A stretch of DNA of 59,610 bases. It comes from Octopus bimaculoides. Lineage: Eukaryota. The DNA lies in the NCBI RefSeq assembly GCF_001194135.2, contig NC_068986.1:72913859-72973468 (forward strand), written 5' to 3'. Every line of letters starts with the position of its first letter. Position 1 is the stretch's first letter. This document shows, in pieces, positions 1 to 13,849 of this stretch. Under the pieces are notes generated by a model. The model made no database searches and had not been told where the DNA came from. It was given only the letters and a program-made list of their open reading frames with translations. Position numbers and translations under genes: made by a program.

Positions 1-525
1 GATGATGATGATGATGATGATGATGATGATATATATATATATATATATATATATACTATAATAATACTTGTGTGTTATTCTCCATCACAACAAATGAATG
101 AGAAAAGAAGGGGTGATGGCAAACTTGGTAGTGGGATGACAGAAATTCTATGGTGAAAAAAAAATTAAACACCATTTCAACTGTGTGAGTATATGTGTGT
201 ATATGTAAAAGGGAGGTATGTGAGTGTGTGTGTGTGTGTGCAATGGAAGTGGGATGAAAGACATTCAATGTTGAAAAGAAAAATCAAACAGCGTTTCAAC
301 TTGGTGTGAGTATATGTATGTCCATGTACAAGGGAAGCATTTGAACGTTTGTATGTGTGAACCAGCGTTCTTTCAGTAACAAATGATGATCGATGTCACA
401 TCTCAAAAGACAACCACTAGATAACATTGACAAGTGTATTAATTTGATTTACCATTCATATTCTATCTGTTTTGTTAAAAAAAATTATTACAATCACACA
501 CATCTACACAAATATACATATACAG

Positions 526-868
526 ACTCAGTTGCCAGTACCGCCTGACTGGCCTTCGTAGGATTTTCGAGCAAGATCGTTGCCAGTGCCCCTGGACTGG
601 CTCTTGTGCGGGTGGCACATAAAAGACACCATTTCGAGTGTGGCCGTTGCCAGTACCGCCTGACTGGCCTTCGTGCGGGTGACACGTAAAAGCACCCACT
701 ACACTCTCTGAGTGGTTGGCGTTAGGAAGGGCATCCAGCTGTAGAAACTCTGCCAAATTAGATTGGAGCCTGGTGTTGCCATCCGGTTTCACCAGTCCTC
801 AGTCAAACTGTCCAACCCATGCTAGCATGGAAAGCGGACGTTAAACGATGATGATGATGATGATGATG
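526..868 (+). mobile_element. Retroposon/SINE family with (GAT)n tail and internal ~70-bp tandem units
   Basis: Ends CCCATGCTAGCATGGAAAGCGGACGTTAAACGATGATGAT. Related copies at ~3890-4025, 23220-23420, 30780-31020, 32575-33537, 42990-43255, 48620-48780 and 56015-56280. Confidence 0.85.
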
Positions 869-1312
869 TATCAAGAATATAAAATGACTGCAGTTGAAAG
901 GTATATTATAAATTTGGTAATAAAAGAATCAAACTAAAAACTTTTATACTAGCAATGCATCCCAGCGTTGCCCAAATGTTATGACCTACAAGCACATTAT
1001 ATTATTTGTTCCTTTCTAATGGGTAGAATCAGCACAGCTGATGTATAGTTAATGGAATAATGGAAGTTATTGTTTGTTTTACAGTGAAGGGCGAGGGTAC
1101 AGTTTGCATGAAAGTACTTTCTGTTCTTAAGAAGGATCAGAAACTATGTATTGTTTCATCGTATAATAGGGGGTTAATACAATTTTTGTCCAGAAATCAC
1201 GTTTTCAATATTTAAATTTCGCACTACCCCCACCACAATTTCTTAATTTGTAACTTTTTTCGAATTTTTTTGTTATCTTTGTAGAAAAATACAGAGATTA
1301 CGAATCTGGGAA

Positions 1313-1343
<31 letters not shown>

Positions 1344-2584
1344 AACATTTTTTATAGTTTAATTTTTCTTAAAGAAACACTCAATGCCCCTTCCTCCACC
1401 TCGCCTACCCATCACCTACCAGTTTTCAAAAAGCTAAAATCTCCCAATCTTTCACATTTGGCTGATGTTTTCTGCATGTGTAAAATCCTAGTGAAATAGT
1501 AGACTTAAAAAATACCAGACCACCACCAGAAAACCCAACATGCTAGAAACTACAGGTAGATGACATTATTTCAGAAGAAACTTACCAGTTTTCCAAAAAG
1601 CTAAACGTGAAACATTGGGAGTGTGTAACTTTTTGAAAGAGGTGAGGTGATGGGTAAAATTCTTAAAAATTCATACTCTCTGTTTTTTCTCCATGTATTA
1701 CCAAGAATAAGAATTTGAAAAAAGTAAAAAATTAATTTGGTGTGGAGAGGGAGAAAATTATAATATTGAGAACGTATTTTGTGGGTGAAATCCTAATCTC
1801 CTGTATCGCAAACATAGGAATTGGAAGAAATTTAGGAAAAAAAATAAGGTGGGGGGGGGGGAGAAAATGTCACCTTGGACACACTAGAAAGAAGAGATAA
1901 AGGACAGGACTTCTGGGAAAACTTCTTTTTAAGTTTATATCGAAGATCAGATTTTTAAATACACTCATCATAAACACAAATTACACAATAGAAAAAGATC
2001 ATTTCAATTGGATTTGAGCTGTAAATTTGCGCATGCACACTGCAAGAAATAACATAATTCACACAGAAGTTTTACCTAGAGTGTGTGTATGTGTGTCAAA
2101 GGAAGTTATTTCATGGCATTCTTTTGCTTGAAGAAGCAAAGCTATCAACTCGACATATATGGGATAATATGATTGTTCATTAATTTCTGTAAAATTGCTT
2201 TAATTTCTGTATGCTTTGAAGAGAGTAGAAATTGAAAAAGAGGATAAAGTGAAAAGGCAACATTTGCTTTGAAGTGAGAGGAGAAAGTGTAAGATATACA
2301 TGTATATGAAATGGACATATGTGAGAGAGAAAGAGAGTGAGTGGAGGTGTGTTGTGATGTATGAATTTTTTTGCATGTATGTGTAAGTGGCACTCGCTCT
2401 CTCTCTCTCTCTCTCTCACAAACATTATCTTTCATACACATGTACATAGAAGAGGTAAAGAATACGCAAACCACCTGTTTTCGGTGTAACCCTAACCATA
2501 AACACCAGGAGTGCATATCCTTTACCTTCGCCCATAAATACATATGCATACATATTTTTTGTGCATGAGAGAGAGAGAGAGAGA

Positions 2585-3663
2585 GGCACCGCTCCCACAC
2601 AACCTGAAGCCATTCCTCAATGAGTGCCTGGCCCAGCCAACCTTTCGCTTGGGCTCGAACAATGACCCCTTCCGGGATCTTCTTGGCCTTGATTCGAAAG
2701 GAGAATGCTGACACTGTGAGTCCTGCCATTCTCTTCTTCATCCATCCGAGAAGCCTCTCCTCCAATTCTGGCTACTGCGCCATCTTGCCTCAAAACAATA
2801 GGATGTAGCTTGAAAGCTTCCTTTGATCATTACCATTTTCTTTACGTAGATATATTACAAAAAACAAACAAACCAGCGCACTTACCAGTACTTTAAAGTA
2901 CAGTAATGAATTGAAATTTCGGTTTACTTGATTTGTATTCTTTCGTAGAATTGGTGATGGTGATGAAACTTACCTTTCCTGGTTCAAGATGATTCTAATA
3001 AATGCACTTATCTCCCCTTACATGAATTAATTTTTCAAATTCCATTTTAATTTAATTGTTACCTAGTAAATACATTTCATCAATCATATTCAAGAATAAA
3101 TCACAGCTCTCCCTCTCTCTTGTTTCCCTATGCAGCGAGATATGTCATACACCTGGGTCACTGAATAACAGTTGTTTATATCATAGACCTGGAGATTACC
3201 AAACTCATAGGTAATTCGCAGTAAATCAGAGGGCGAGTGGAAATTGCAATCAGCTGTCTATAGTGCATTTGTCAGATAAAAGGTAAGTCTTTACAGAAAT
3301 TCTTGCTACTTTTCAACCAGCACACGTCCCTCTTCTACAGGACTGCAGCACCATTGAAACGGAGGCTGTGACTGAGACGACACTGGCACAAGTTGGCTTG
3401 AAATGTGTAATGTTATAAGAGCGTATGACAGACAAAATGGACAGAGACACTGAAATAAAAACATTTAAAGTTTTTTTTTTAAATAGTTTTAATGGCAGGA
3501 ATTGTAAGGGAAGCTGGTACCACATGAATCTTGGATAATTACATGAAATAATGTTCAAGTTTTAGACCAACTTTTCCTAGTACCCGTGTATAAACCACAC
3601 CCCACCTTTCCTGGATTTCCCCATTGGAAAAAAAGTGCGGTTAATACACCGGCAAATGCAGTA
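2585..3663 (-). mobile_element. Degenerate, internally deleted pogo/Tigger-like DNA transposon
   Basis: Minus frame reads EERLLGWMKKRMAGLTVSAFSFRIKAK (CENP-B-like HTH) then IVRAQAKGWLGQALIEEWLQVVW (DDE_1-like). TIR-like TACTGCATTTGCCGGTGTATT at ~3643-3663. Confidence 0.7.
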
Positions 3664-4445
3664 ACTCAAATCAATGTGAATAAATAGGCATTACATCTGA
3701 CTGAGAAACCTGAATGCTAAATGGTTAATGTCTGCTTTTCATGCTGGCATGGGCTAGATAGTTTTATAGGATCCAGCAAGCTTCAATACCATGTCAAGCT
3801 CTGATGTCAGCTTTGACATGGTTTCTGCATCTGGATGCCTTTCTTAATGCCAATAACCTAACAAGGGTTGGCATCATCATCATCATAATCATTTAATGGC
3901 TGCTTTCCATGCTGGTATAGGTTCGACAGTTTAACAAGATCCAGGAAACCTCAGGACAATGCCAGCCACTAGTGTCAGCTTTGGCATGGTTTCTGCAGCC
4001 GGATACCCTTCCCAATGCCAACCGCTGGTGCGGGGGAGGGGGGATCCATGCCACCAGCACTACAAGTGAGGTTGCCAAATAACTTGCAAACTGAGAAAAG
4101 AAGAGAAGAAAAGAAAGAGCCTCCTTCAACTAAATCACGGGGAGAATTTTTGAAACACAAGCAGTGGTTTCACACCAAGTGTTGGGAAGCTAAAGTATGA
4201 TGAAGGGAGGAGGGAGAAGCACATTTATTTTTCTATAGGGGCAATACAAGGGCAATAATATCCTGCATTATATAAAGGTGGGTGGAAATAGCTGGAAAGA
4301 AGACAGAGAAGGCAGTGATTACATGCTAGACCTTTAGATTCACTATTTCACATATGACCATGGTTAATAGTCAATCAGCTATTCAAGGCATTAAGTTTAG
4401 TCCCAAACCTAAAACATCATATCACTGTTTACAGTAGAAATTTAC

Positions 4446-4540
4446 CTTGTATATTCTGTGTGCAGCTTTAGATATTCCCCACAAAAGGATCCCAGCAACA
4501 ATGGTCTCTCTAATTCTGTTCCATGCAGTCACATGAGGTA
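4446..4540 (-). CDS. PEX14: PEX14 coding exon 6 (V-PHVTAWNRIRETIVAGILLWGISKAAHRIYK), 95 nt, hydrophobic segment
   Basis: GCCATAG acceptor, AAG|GTAAAT donor; aligns with human [25 protein letters not shown]. Confidence 0.92.
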
Positions 4541-5746
4541 CTATGGCAAATAAACAGAGAACAATATTCAATTCAATATTAATAATAATAATAAACATCA
4601 ACAATTCTTACAGGAATTTTGAGGGGAGGGGGAGTTAATTAAACTGATTACACTGCTCAAATGGTACTTATTTAATCAAGCCTGAAATAATGAAAGGCAC
4701 AGTCGACCTCAGCAGAATTTAAACAAGAACATAAGGCTGGAAGAAATGGTGCTAACATTCTGCCCAGCATGCTAACAATAATGGTTTCAAATTTTGGCAC
4801 AAGGCCAGCAATTTCGGTGGAGTGGGTACATCAATTACAATTAACTCCAGTGTGTTCAACTGATACTTATTTTATCAACCCCGAAAGAATGAAAGCAAAA
4901 TCAACCTCAACAGAATGTGAAATCAGAACATAAAGACAGATGAAATACTGCTAAGCATTTCGCCCAGCATGCTAACAATTCTGCCAATTCCTCAATAATA
5001 ATAATAATCCTTTCTACTATAGGGACAAGGCCTGAAATTTTGTGGGAGGTGAGTAGTTTATTATATCAACTCCAGTATTTGACTGGTACTTACTTATTCT
5101 CGTTTGTTGAAACACTAAATTATGGAGCTTCTTTCACTTTCTATCTACCAAATCTACTCGCAAGGCTTTGGTCAACATGGAACTGTTGTAGGAGACAATT
5201 GCTCAAGGAGCCATGCACTGGGACTGAACTCAAAACCATGCTGTTGGGAAGCAAGCTTCATACTGCACAGTTATGCCTACACTAAATATTTAACTTTATG
5301 AGTGTTTTAGTACATGAATGGATTGGTAACAGTTTTAACAACATATTGGGTAAACAAAATTAAAGCAATTAAAAGGATGCTTAAAAATATTACCTTGAAT
5401 TGTTGATGGATGCTGTTGATAATAGGGTTGTAGACTTTGAGGTGCCAAAAATGCTGTATCATCTTCAGGTGTTCCTGATCTTTTAAAAGCTTCTAGAATT
5501 TCTTCATCAGTTAAACCTGTGAAAATGAAATTAGTTATATATCATCATCAATATATTTTTTAATGTTCATTATTCCATGCTTGCCTGAGATGGACGGAGT
5601 TTACTGAGGTAGATTTTCTACAGCCTGATGCCCTTCCTGTAGCCAACCTTTACATGTTTCCAGCAAAGCAATATTTCTCCATGGTCAAATATGTTTTTAT
5701 AGAATATTGAAAATGCAATGTCAAGATAAGGAGACACACATACACA

Positions 5747-5794
<48 letters not shown>

Positions 5795-8700
5795 ATGGCT
5801 GTCCACTCATGACCAAGGAAGACCATTGCTGACCATCAGGAACATTGTGCGCTCTATGACTAACTTATATTTTGCATTTGCGGCTCTGCTGGTGGCTAAT
5901 GAGCCCTGCACTTGACAAGCATGTGACTGCAAACATTGCAGACCAAGCTTTTCCCATTCACAATCCGAGCCATGCGCTTTCGTGCAGCTCGCTTAAGTTC
6001 TTCATGCTGGATACGTGCTCTCTCAAAACTGTCAATCCCCTCCTTAACCATAAATATATATATATACACACACATTTATATACACATTAGTGATTCACTA
6101 AATCGTCCATAGATTTTTATGGTGAATACATATGTACTAACAGAGAATTAAGTTCAGAATCAGCCAAACTGAGTAGTCCCTACTGATGAGGCTACAGAAT
6201 TAGTTGAAAGTGATTGATCAGAATAGGGAATTTCTCAACTGGTGTTTTCAGGCAATTACAGACCATATCAGTACATATGTATACAATTATGTGCTTTAGC
6301 TACAGCATTAGAGCTTTTTAGCTCTTATTTCTAGCAATGTAGGTGTTCTAACATCCTAGTGACATTTAGTGACGATTATAGTTTTCCTTTTTAGTAACAC
6401 ATTGCACACAGCTGTCTATATTAATTTTTATATATAAAGGTGCGTGCGTGCGTGCATGTAATTTTCAGTAAAAAAATTTTTTTTAATTGTTTGTATTTTC
6501 AGAGGGGAAAGTGAGTGATTTAAGGGCAATTTGGCTGTTGTTTCTAGCACATCCACAGACAACCCTCCTCGTTTCTTTATCACTCTCACATGTATTGATG
6601 TTTTACAATATTTTTCCCCCAATAAATACATTTTTATGCTATAAAAAAGAAAATTTGAGAAATTACAAATTTTTTGCAACCCCACTTCCTGCCCCCGATT
6701 GTTTCTGTTTAGAAATTAAAATATTGGAGAGCTTGAGAAGGTCACTGAGAAGGCCATTTACCCACAGTGATTAAAAAAATTATGGAGATGTACTTGCATA
6801 ACAAGTGACTTGGTCTAAGATCGTGTGCTGAAACAAAAACAATTGCAGCATAGAAGATGTCTGTAAGCCATTCAAGAACACACAAAAATTGTTAGCTTCA
6901 CAGCACTACTTAAATACAGAGGTCCCGATACATCTACGTAACGATATGAAGGGGAGGGTTAGTTTTTAGGGTTAGTTTTAGGGTTGGTTAGGGTTAGAGC
7001 TAGGGTGTCATTACACGTTCTCACAGCATACATTTAAAATGTTTTGTACATAACACCTGTATTTAGGTAGTACCTCTGTATTTAAGTAGAATCATTAAGG
7101 GACCTCTGTATTTAAGTAGTACCAGTTTCACTTCAACATTAAAATTTCATTTGTGTCAAAATATTTTTGTCACTTTGAAACTGCGACCTGTTCACTAACA
7201 AAACTTCACAAAAGTGATGCAGCATGAAGTTTTGCCAGTGAGCAAGCACACACATTCATTGTCTTTCATTCGTGTGTATGTGTATCTATATGTGTGCACG
7301 AGTGTGTATTGATGTGTGTGTGTCACTGTTGAAGTTGCTCATATAACTTGTTTGTGTATATATTGGCTTAGTGGTATAGAAGGTTTGGAAACTGTGAATA
7401 AGATGCAAGTTTCGAGTACTTGTCAGTAACTTTTTTCTTCTCCTTATCTTCTAACAGTAATTACCCAACCTTCTAGGCTCTTCTAACAGCGATCTCGCAT
7501 TCAAAAATTATATGGGTATTTTAAAAAATTTTTATTCACTAAATAATGTTTTTACATTACGTATACATTAATAGAATAAACTATCAGCTTTTCAAATAGC
7601 AAATTAAAACTTTAAAGAGAAAGTGAGAGACTTTGCAAATGAAAATGGAATACTCCGCAGTGAATGCAATGAATATTTAAGTCTGTGAAGAATTAGACAC
7701 AGTGAATGCAATGAATATTTAAATTTGCAAGAAACTGGAGTTTAAAAATTTCAATAAACTTGAGAAATCGAAATTACAGGAAATTTCTTACAAAAATGAA
7801 TTTATAAAAATATTTCCAGATGGTCAACACTTTAATTGCTTTCTTTTAGTACTTTTAGTAATTGTTACATACCTAATTAATAAGCAGCTTTCTCCATTAT
7901 ATAGTACAGAAGTACAATTTTAATAAACTCTTATGATTTTCACTAGCTTTTTTTTTTTTTTTTTGCTTGCTGAATCTGGTGGAAGAGGCAGTGTTTATGG
8001 CCTTTACAGGATTTTCAAGGCCAGTGATGCCATTAATGTACATTGGAAGTTATGTAAGTCAACACTCGCAAGAAAGACATGNNNNNNNNNNNNNNNNNNN
8101 NNNNNNNNNNNNNNNNNNNNNNNNNNNNNNNNNNNNNNNNNNNNNNNNNNNNNNNNNNNNNNNNNNNNNNNNNNNNNNNNNNNNNNNNNNNNNNNNNNNN
8201 NNNNNNNNNNNNNNNNNNNNNNNNNNNNNNNNNNNNNNNNNNNNNNNNNNNNNNNNNNNNNNNNNNNNNNNNNNNNNNNNNNNNNNNNNNNNNNNNNNNN
8301 NNNNNNNNNNNNNNNNNNNNNNNNNNNNNNNNNNNNNNNNNNNNNNNNNNNNNNNNNNNNNNNNNNNNNNNNNNNNNNNNNNNNNNNNNNNNNNNNNNNN
8401 NNNNNNNNNNNNNNNNNNNNNNNNNNNNNNNNNNNNNNNNNNNNNNNNNNNNNNNNNNNNNNNNNNNNNNNNNNNNNNNNNNNNNNNNNNNNNNNNNNNN
8501 NNNNNNNNNNNNNNNNNNNNNNNNNNNNNNNNNNNNNNNNNNNNNNNNNNNNNNNNNNNNNNNNNNNNNNNNNNNNNNNNNNNNNNNNNNNNNNNNNNNN
8601 NNNNNNNNNNNNNNNNNNNNNNNNNNNNNNNNNNNNNNNNNNNNNNNNNNNNNNNNNNNNNNNNNNNNNNNNNNNNNNNNNNAATTTTATTAGTTTTTTC

Positions 8701-11700
8701 AATCAGATAAACACTTTAATAATGTAAAAAAAAAACAAAGGAAAGAAAGAAAATAAAGCTGGTATTTACCTTTCCGTTTTAAAAATGACTTTTTATGTGC
8801 TATGGAAGTGTTCCGTACTTTATTATGATTCAGAAATGATACAGCAGTGTAGATCTGGAATTAATAACAGAATTATAACAATATTAATAATTTTTAAAAA
8901 AATTATTTAAGTATCCTCAATTAAAATGTTTCTCTTGCTACAATTTTCATTTAACCCTTTAGCATTTAAACTGGCCATATCTGGTCAAAATATTCTACCT
9001 CATTTTTATCTTCAAACTGGTCATAGCTGGCCTTTCACACCTACCCTACAGAGTCATTTTAAAAATAAACTACCTCATCAAAATCTCAAAGCTATGAAAT
9101 AATGCATGACTAATTTAAGAAAATGTGAATGCATAAGCATTATGTTTAAAACAGTAATCTGAATACTAAAGGGTTAAATATTTTTCTCCTTATGTTTTTT
9201 TATCTTTCAAAAAATCCCATTTTACAAGAAGAAATATCCAAGTTGACAATGTGGTGTCATTTGATGACAATCATTGAGACTGTCTCAGTGTCTCTCAATC
9301 TATCGTATAATTATTTATAAAAGGAAGAATGCATACAACCACAAAATGTAAACTACACAAATATTTAATTTTCACAATATATTGATTTTCACCCTCATCC
9401 ACCTTATAACTTCATATAAAAAAATCAAAACAAATAAAGAAGAAAGTTTTATTTGTATGCAAAACAATATTGAAAGACCATGCAATTCTACCAAAACGAT
9501 GAACCTCTTTCAGTTTCCATCTACCAAATCCACTCACAAGGCTTTTGTCTGCCCAAGGCTATAGTAGAAGATACGTGCCTAAAGTGTCACGCAGTGGGAC
9601 TGAACCCAGAACCATATGGTTGAGAAACAAGCTTCTTATCTTTTTTTTCTATTGCTCACAAGTGGCTAAACATAGAGGGGACAAAGAAAGACAGACAAAG
9701 GGATTAAGTCGATTACATTGACCCCAGTGCATAACTGGTACTTAATTTATCAACCCCGAAAGGATGAAAGGCAAAGTTGACCTTGGCGGAATTTGAACTC
9801 AGAATGTAACGGCAGACAAAATACCGCTAAGCATTTCGCCCAGCGTGCTAACGTTTCTGCCAAGCTTCTTACCACACAGCCACACCTAAAGATTTTTCAG
9901 TATGAGTTTCCAGTTTTGAAGATGTCAGAAGATCAGAATGTGTCAGATGTACAGGAGTAGTTAATAAGAAAAGAACTCATGAAATTAAACCTGCAGACAC
10001 CTCAGATGACTTGTTAGAAGTAGTAAATAGTTAGTGATATGCAGGTGACCTTATTTATTCACATTGGTTAGACATGCATTATCATGTAGCTTCAAAATTT
10101 CAATGATAAGCTCATTCATTGTTAAAATGACATTGTAGGGTAGTGTAAGAGGCCAGATCAGGCTTGTTTGAACATAAAACAGATAAAATATTTTAGCTGG
10201 ATATGGGCAGATTAAGTGTTAAAGGGTTAAAGCTGAAAGATGATGCAGTGAAATTATAATATTAGCAAAGTTAAGAATAAGTTTAGCAAAGTTCAGAAAA
10301 GGATGGAAAAAGAATGAGTTGTTGAATTTTGAATTTCTCCAGAAAAAGAGAAAAATATTTGAGAATGTCTGTTGGACGTGAAACAGTAAAAGAAATAAAA
10401 TGGAATTCAACTGTGCTGAAAAAGCTCCAATGAGTGTTGAGAAACACTTAAATTGGTGTGGACATTTAACAAATATGAAAACCACTGATGGATCAAATAT
10501 GGGTATTTTTGGTGGTGAGTACCTGTTGAAGAGATACCTCATGGAGGTATGATGTGAAGAGAGAGGTTGCATCTCATAAATATTATCAAGAAAAATTGTA
10601 ATACATCAACCAATGCCAACTGCAAAGGTTAAGACATCAGTGATGATAATAATGATGATGGCCCTCATAGGCTAATGACTGGAAGAATGCATCAACCCAT
10701 TTTTACTTTGAAGAAGTTAATTAAACTTTTATTTTTGCCAGATATAGAGACAAAGAATACTGAAAGTGGAAGATTATGTTAATACTAACATACTAATTTT
10801 TCTTTTAGCATATATTTACAAGACTTTTCAGAAAACTTACTAAATTTTCTCGTGGTACTGATGATGAATTTACCAAATTCCCAGAAACCTTTAAACAAAA
10901 ATGAAAAAAAAAAGAATTAAATTTATATAACTGTAATCAATGACATCACTTCTAATATAAATATACAGACATAATATATGTTTAATGGAAAACAGGATGA
11001 TAATGGTTGTGTATGTAAGGCATCAGTCTTTCACCTCCTTTTAAGTAACAGTGTAACATGATTTTTGTCTTTTGGTAGCAACTGTTATTTCCTATTTGCT
11101 TACCACTGAAAAGTATGAAAAATGGCTAGTATTTCCTTCAAACTTTATCTATGTTACATTTATTCAAGCCCCAAAGAATCCCTCTCAACATATGGCTATG
11201 ATGCTCCCCCACTACTCCTGCTCATGATCAGAGATGTACATATTGTCAGCCACTAAGGGACATGCTCTAGTGATTAAGGTCAAGCAACTGATAAGTAAAT
11301 CTGTGGTATTGAGCAGAATATTTGCTATAATAATATTTCTGCTTCAACAACTCAGTGCTGAATCTCTCTGAAATGTAATAGAAAATAGGTCAGTTTCAAA
11401 ACATTGATGACTAGGTCACAAAAGCAAAGCCTGAAGAGATTAGAAGTCATTTTCATTGATTTCTAGATGGAAGCAAATAGAAAATAACACTTACTGACCA
11501 AAGACAAAAAAAAAATTTCAATTTTGTTACACAGTATAATTAGTCTGCTCGTATCTCTTAACGACCCTCTTAGGCACAAAAGATTAATACAATTGATATT
11601 TAACAGATAAATGTTGTGGAAGGGAGGTTAAATATGGATACAAAAGGTTCTAGGTTTGAGAATTGATTGGATAAGGTAAGTAATCTAAGGTTAGACATAG

Positions 11701-12630
11701 TCATTTACATACACATACATATCTAACTGTTGGGATAGATATTTGACTTTAGAATGGAAAGTCTCCCAAAAAATATTAGGCCTACAAAGAGACTAAATCA
11801 GTCAGACACAGAGATAAATTAACTGTAGGACAATGTTGGCTGAAACAAAAGTTATAGTGAAATAATGAAATACATGTGATTATCAAAATGAAACTAAAAT
11901 TCATTTATTGCTATTGGGTTACCAGATAAATTTGTCTTTTTCTACTTGGTAGTCATCATCATATTTGTGGAAAGAGGTAAAATTTCTTCAGATTTCAAAA
12001 ACAATAAACAAAAGTCATAGAGAAAGAAAAAAGCTACATAATCCGTAAAATAGTATGATAAAAATATTTTTCATGTTAATTCAAATAACATTGGAAAGGA
12101 TTATAATAAAAGAAAACAAAAAAACGAATTCATCTGACAAGCCAATGCAAACATAAAACAAACAATATTTACCAGTTTTTCTGCTGAATCTTCTTCTGCA
12201 AGTTGAGGTTGGCCATCAGAAGTCACTCCAACAGTCTAGAAATCAAATAATACACAACATAAAGTGAAGTTATTATAATGGTTCGTCTATTCGATTTTCT
12301 TTTGTGTTATAATTTAATTAAAATATTTCCTGTTTTTACAGGTGCTATATGTCCACATATCTTTAGGTTAAGATTGAACTCATAATCCTTTATAGAAATC
12401 TTTCTCAAGAGAGTGGCAGGGCTGTGAGGATTGAAAGAGGGGAGGAGAGGATTACTATCTTTTATCATCTTTTACTTGTTTCAGTCATTAGACTGTGACC
12501 ATGCTGAATCCTAACTGAATGACAAAAGTCCACCACCATATGGATGCATATATGTATGTACATACATTTGTACATGTGTATATATGTATGCGTGTGTACA
12601 TGTGTGTGTGTGTGCATGTGTGTGTGTGCA

Positions 12631-12687
<57 letters not shown>

Positions 12688-13806
12688 TTTATGGTGAAAT
12701 TTTCATTCCCAGAAACATCTACCTAGTTGATAACTTGTACTACTCTAATATCTCTAAAGTTAACAAAATACAGTCATTGAAACTCTGAAGCCAAGCAAAA
12801 TACAAATAGTTTTATTTATATAGAAAAAGAAACCTAAATGTGGATTAAAATTCCAATATTCAGTCCAAGACAAGTGATAACAAAAATAAAGTAAGAATAG
12901 CATAACCTCTTTAAACACTTGACTTAAAAGTAAAAGTAAGGAAAAAAAAACCTAGTTTTAACTTGAGACTAGGTAATGCTAACCGTTTAAGAATAAGAGG
13001 TGAAGTGATATAAACTTTTCATACAAATCCAAGCATTAGGAGTACTAACACAGTACCTTTCTATGTGTAGGATTTCCTATGTCCAATAGCAATAATAATG
13101 ATAGAAAAAGAGTTATAGAGATAATACTAACGACACTAATATTAATCGTTTAGCATTTAGATAACTCAGTCAAGTGTAATGTGTATTTAATCACACTGCT
13201 TTGAATTAATCATGCATTATTTCATAGCTTCACAATTTCGATGATGTGATTGTTTATTTTCAGAATAATATTATAGGGTAAGTGTGAGAAGTTGGCTCTA
13301 GTCAGTTTGAACATAAAACAGGAAGGATATTTGGGTTAGATATAGCTGGTTTAAATGCTAAAGGGTTAAAAGTAAATACAATAGCATTAATACTAAAAAC
13401 ATAAACAATGTGGAAGAAAACAGCCTGAAGAGCAGCAATAAAAGTAAAGGTATACTAGACTCTCCAAGACTCCATGTGAGTAACTCACCCACCTGTAACA
13501 GAAGAGCAACCACACAATGACCCCTTAATGGTAAGTGCTCTATAAGTAACAATCTACAAATGCAATAAATATATTGGTGTCAAATCAAATCCTTTTAAGG
13601 ATTTGTATGTACAAACGTACATTTGTACATGTATGTACAAACATATGTATGTACAAACATATGTATGTACAAACATATGTATGTACAAACATACATTTGC
13701 TCACAAAACATTAAGCACTACAAGATTAGTTACACAGTACATATAGAATTTAAAGTTTAAGGGTACAGACTCCAAACAGCAAAGTAATATTATAGCCACA
13801 GTTCCA

Positions 13807-13849
<43 letters not shown>

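Noticed and set aside
2145-2765. 206-aa minus-strand ORF as a host gene
   Set aside because: Only the first ~60 aa resemble a deleted pogo transposase; the rest is microsatellite translation.
2870-3010. Further PEX14 exons at two GGTAAGT-like minus-strand donors
   Set aside because: No similarity to the expected KYLLPLI…coiled-coil segment; the sites lie inside the pogo remnant.
7933-8727. Long ORFs spanning X runs (also 13982-14681, 42329-42544, 56238-56856)
   Set aside because: They are artefacts of N gaps.
13358-13552. Hydrophobic minus-strand ORF with a GGTGAGT donor-like site
   Set aside because: Leu-rich low complexity from an A-rich plus strand; no homology and no fit to the PEX14 model.
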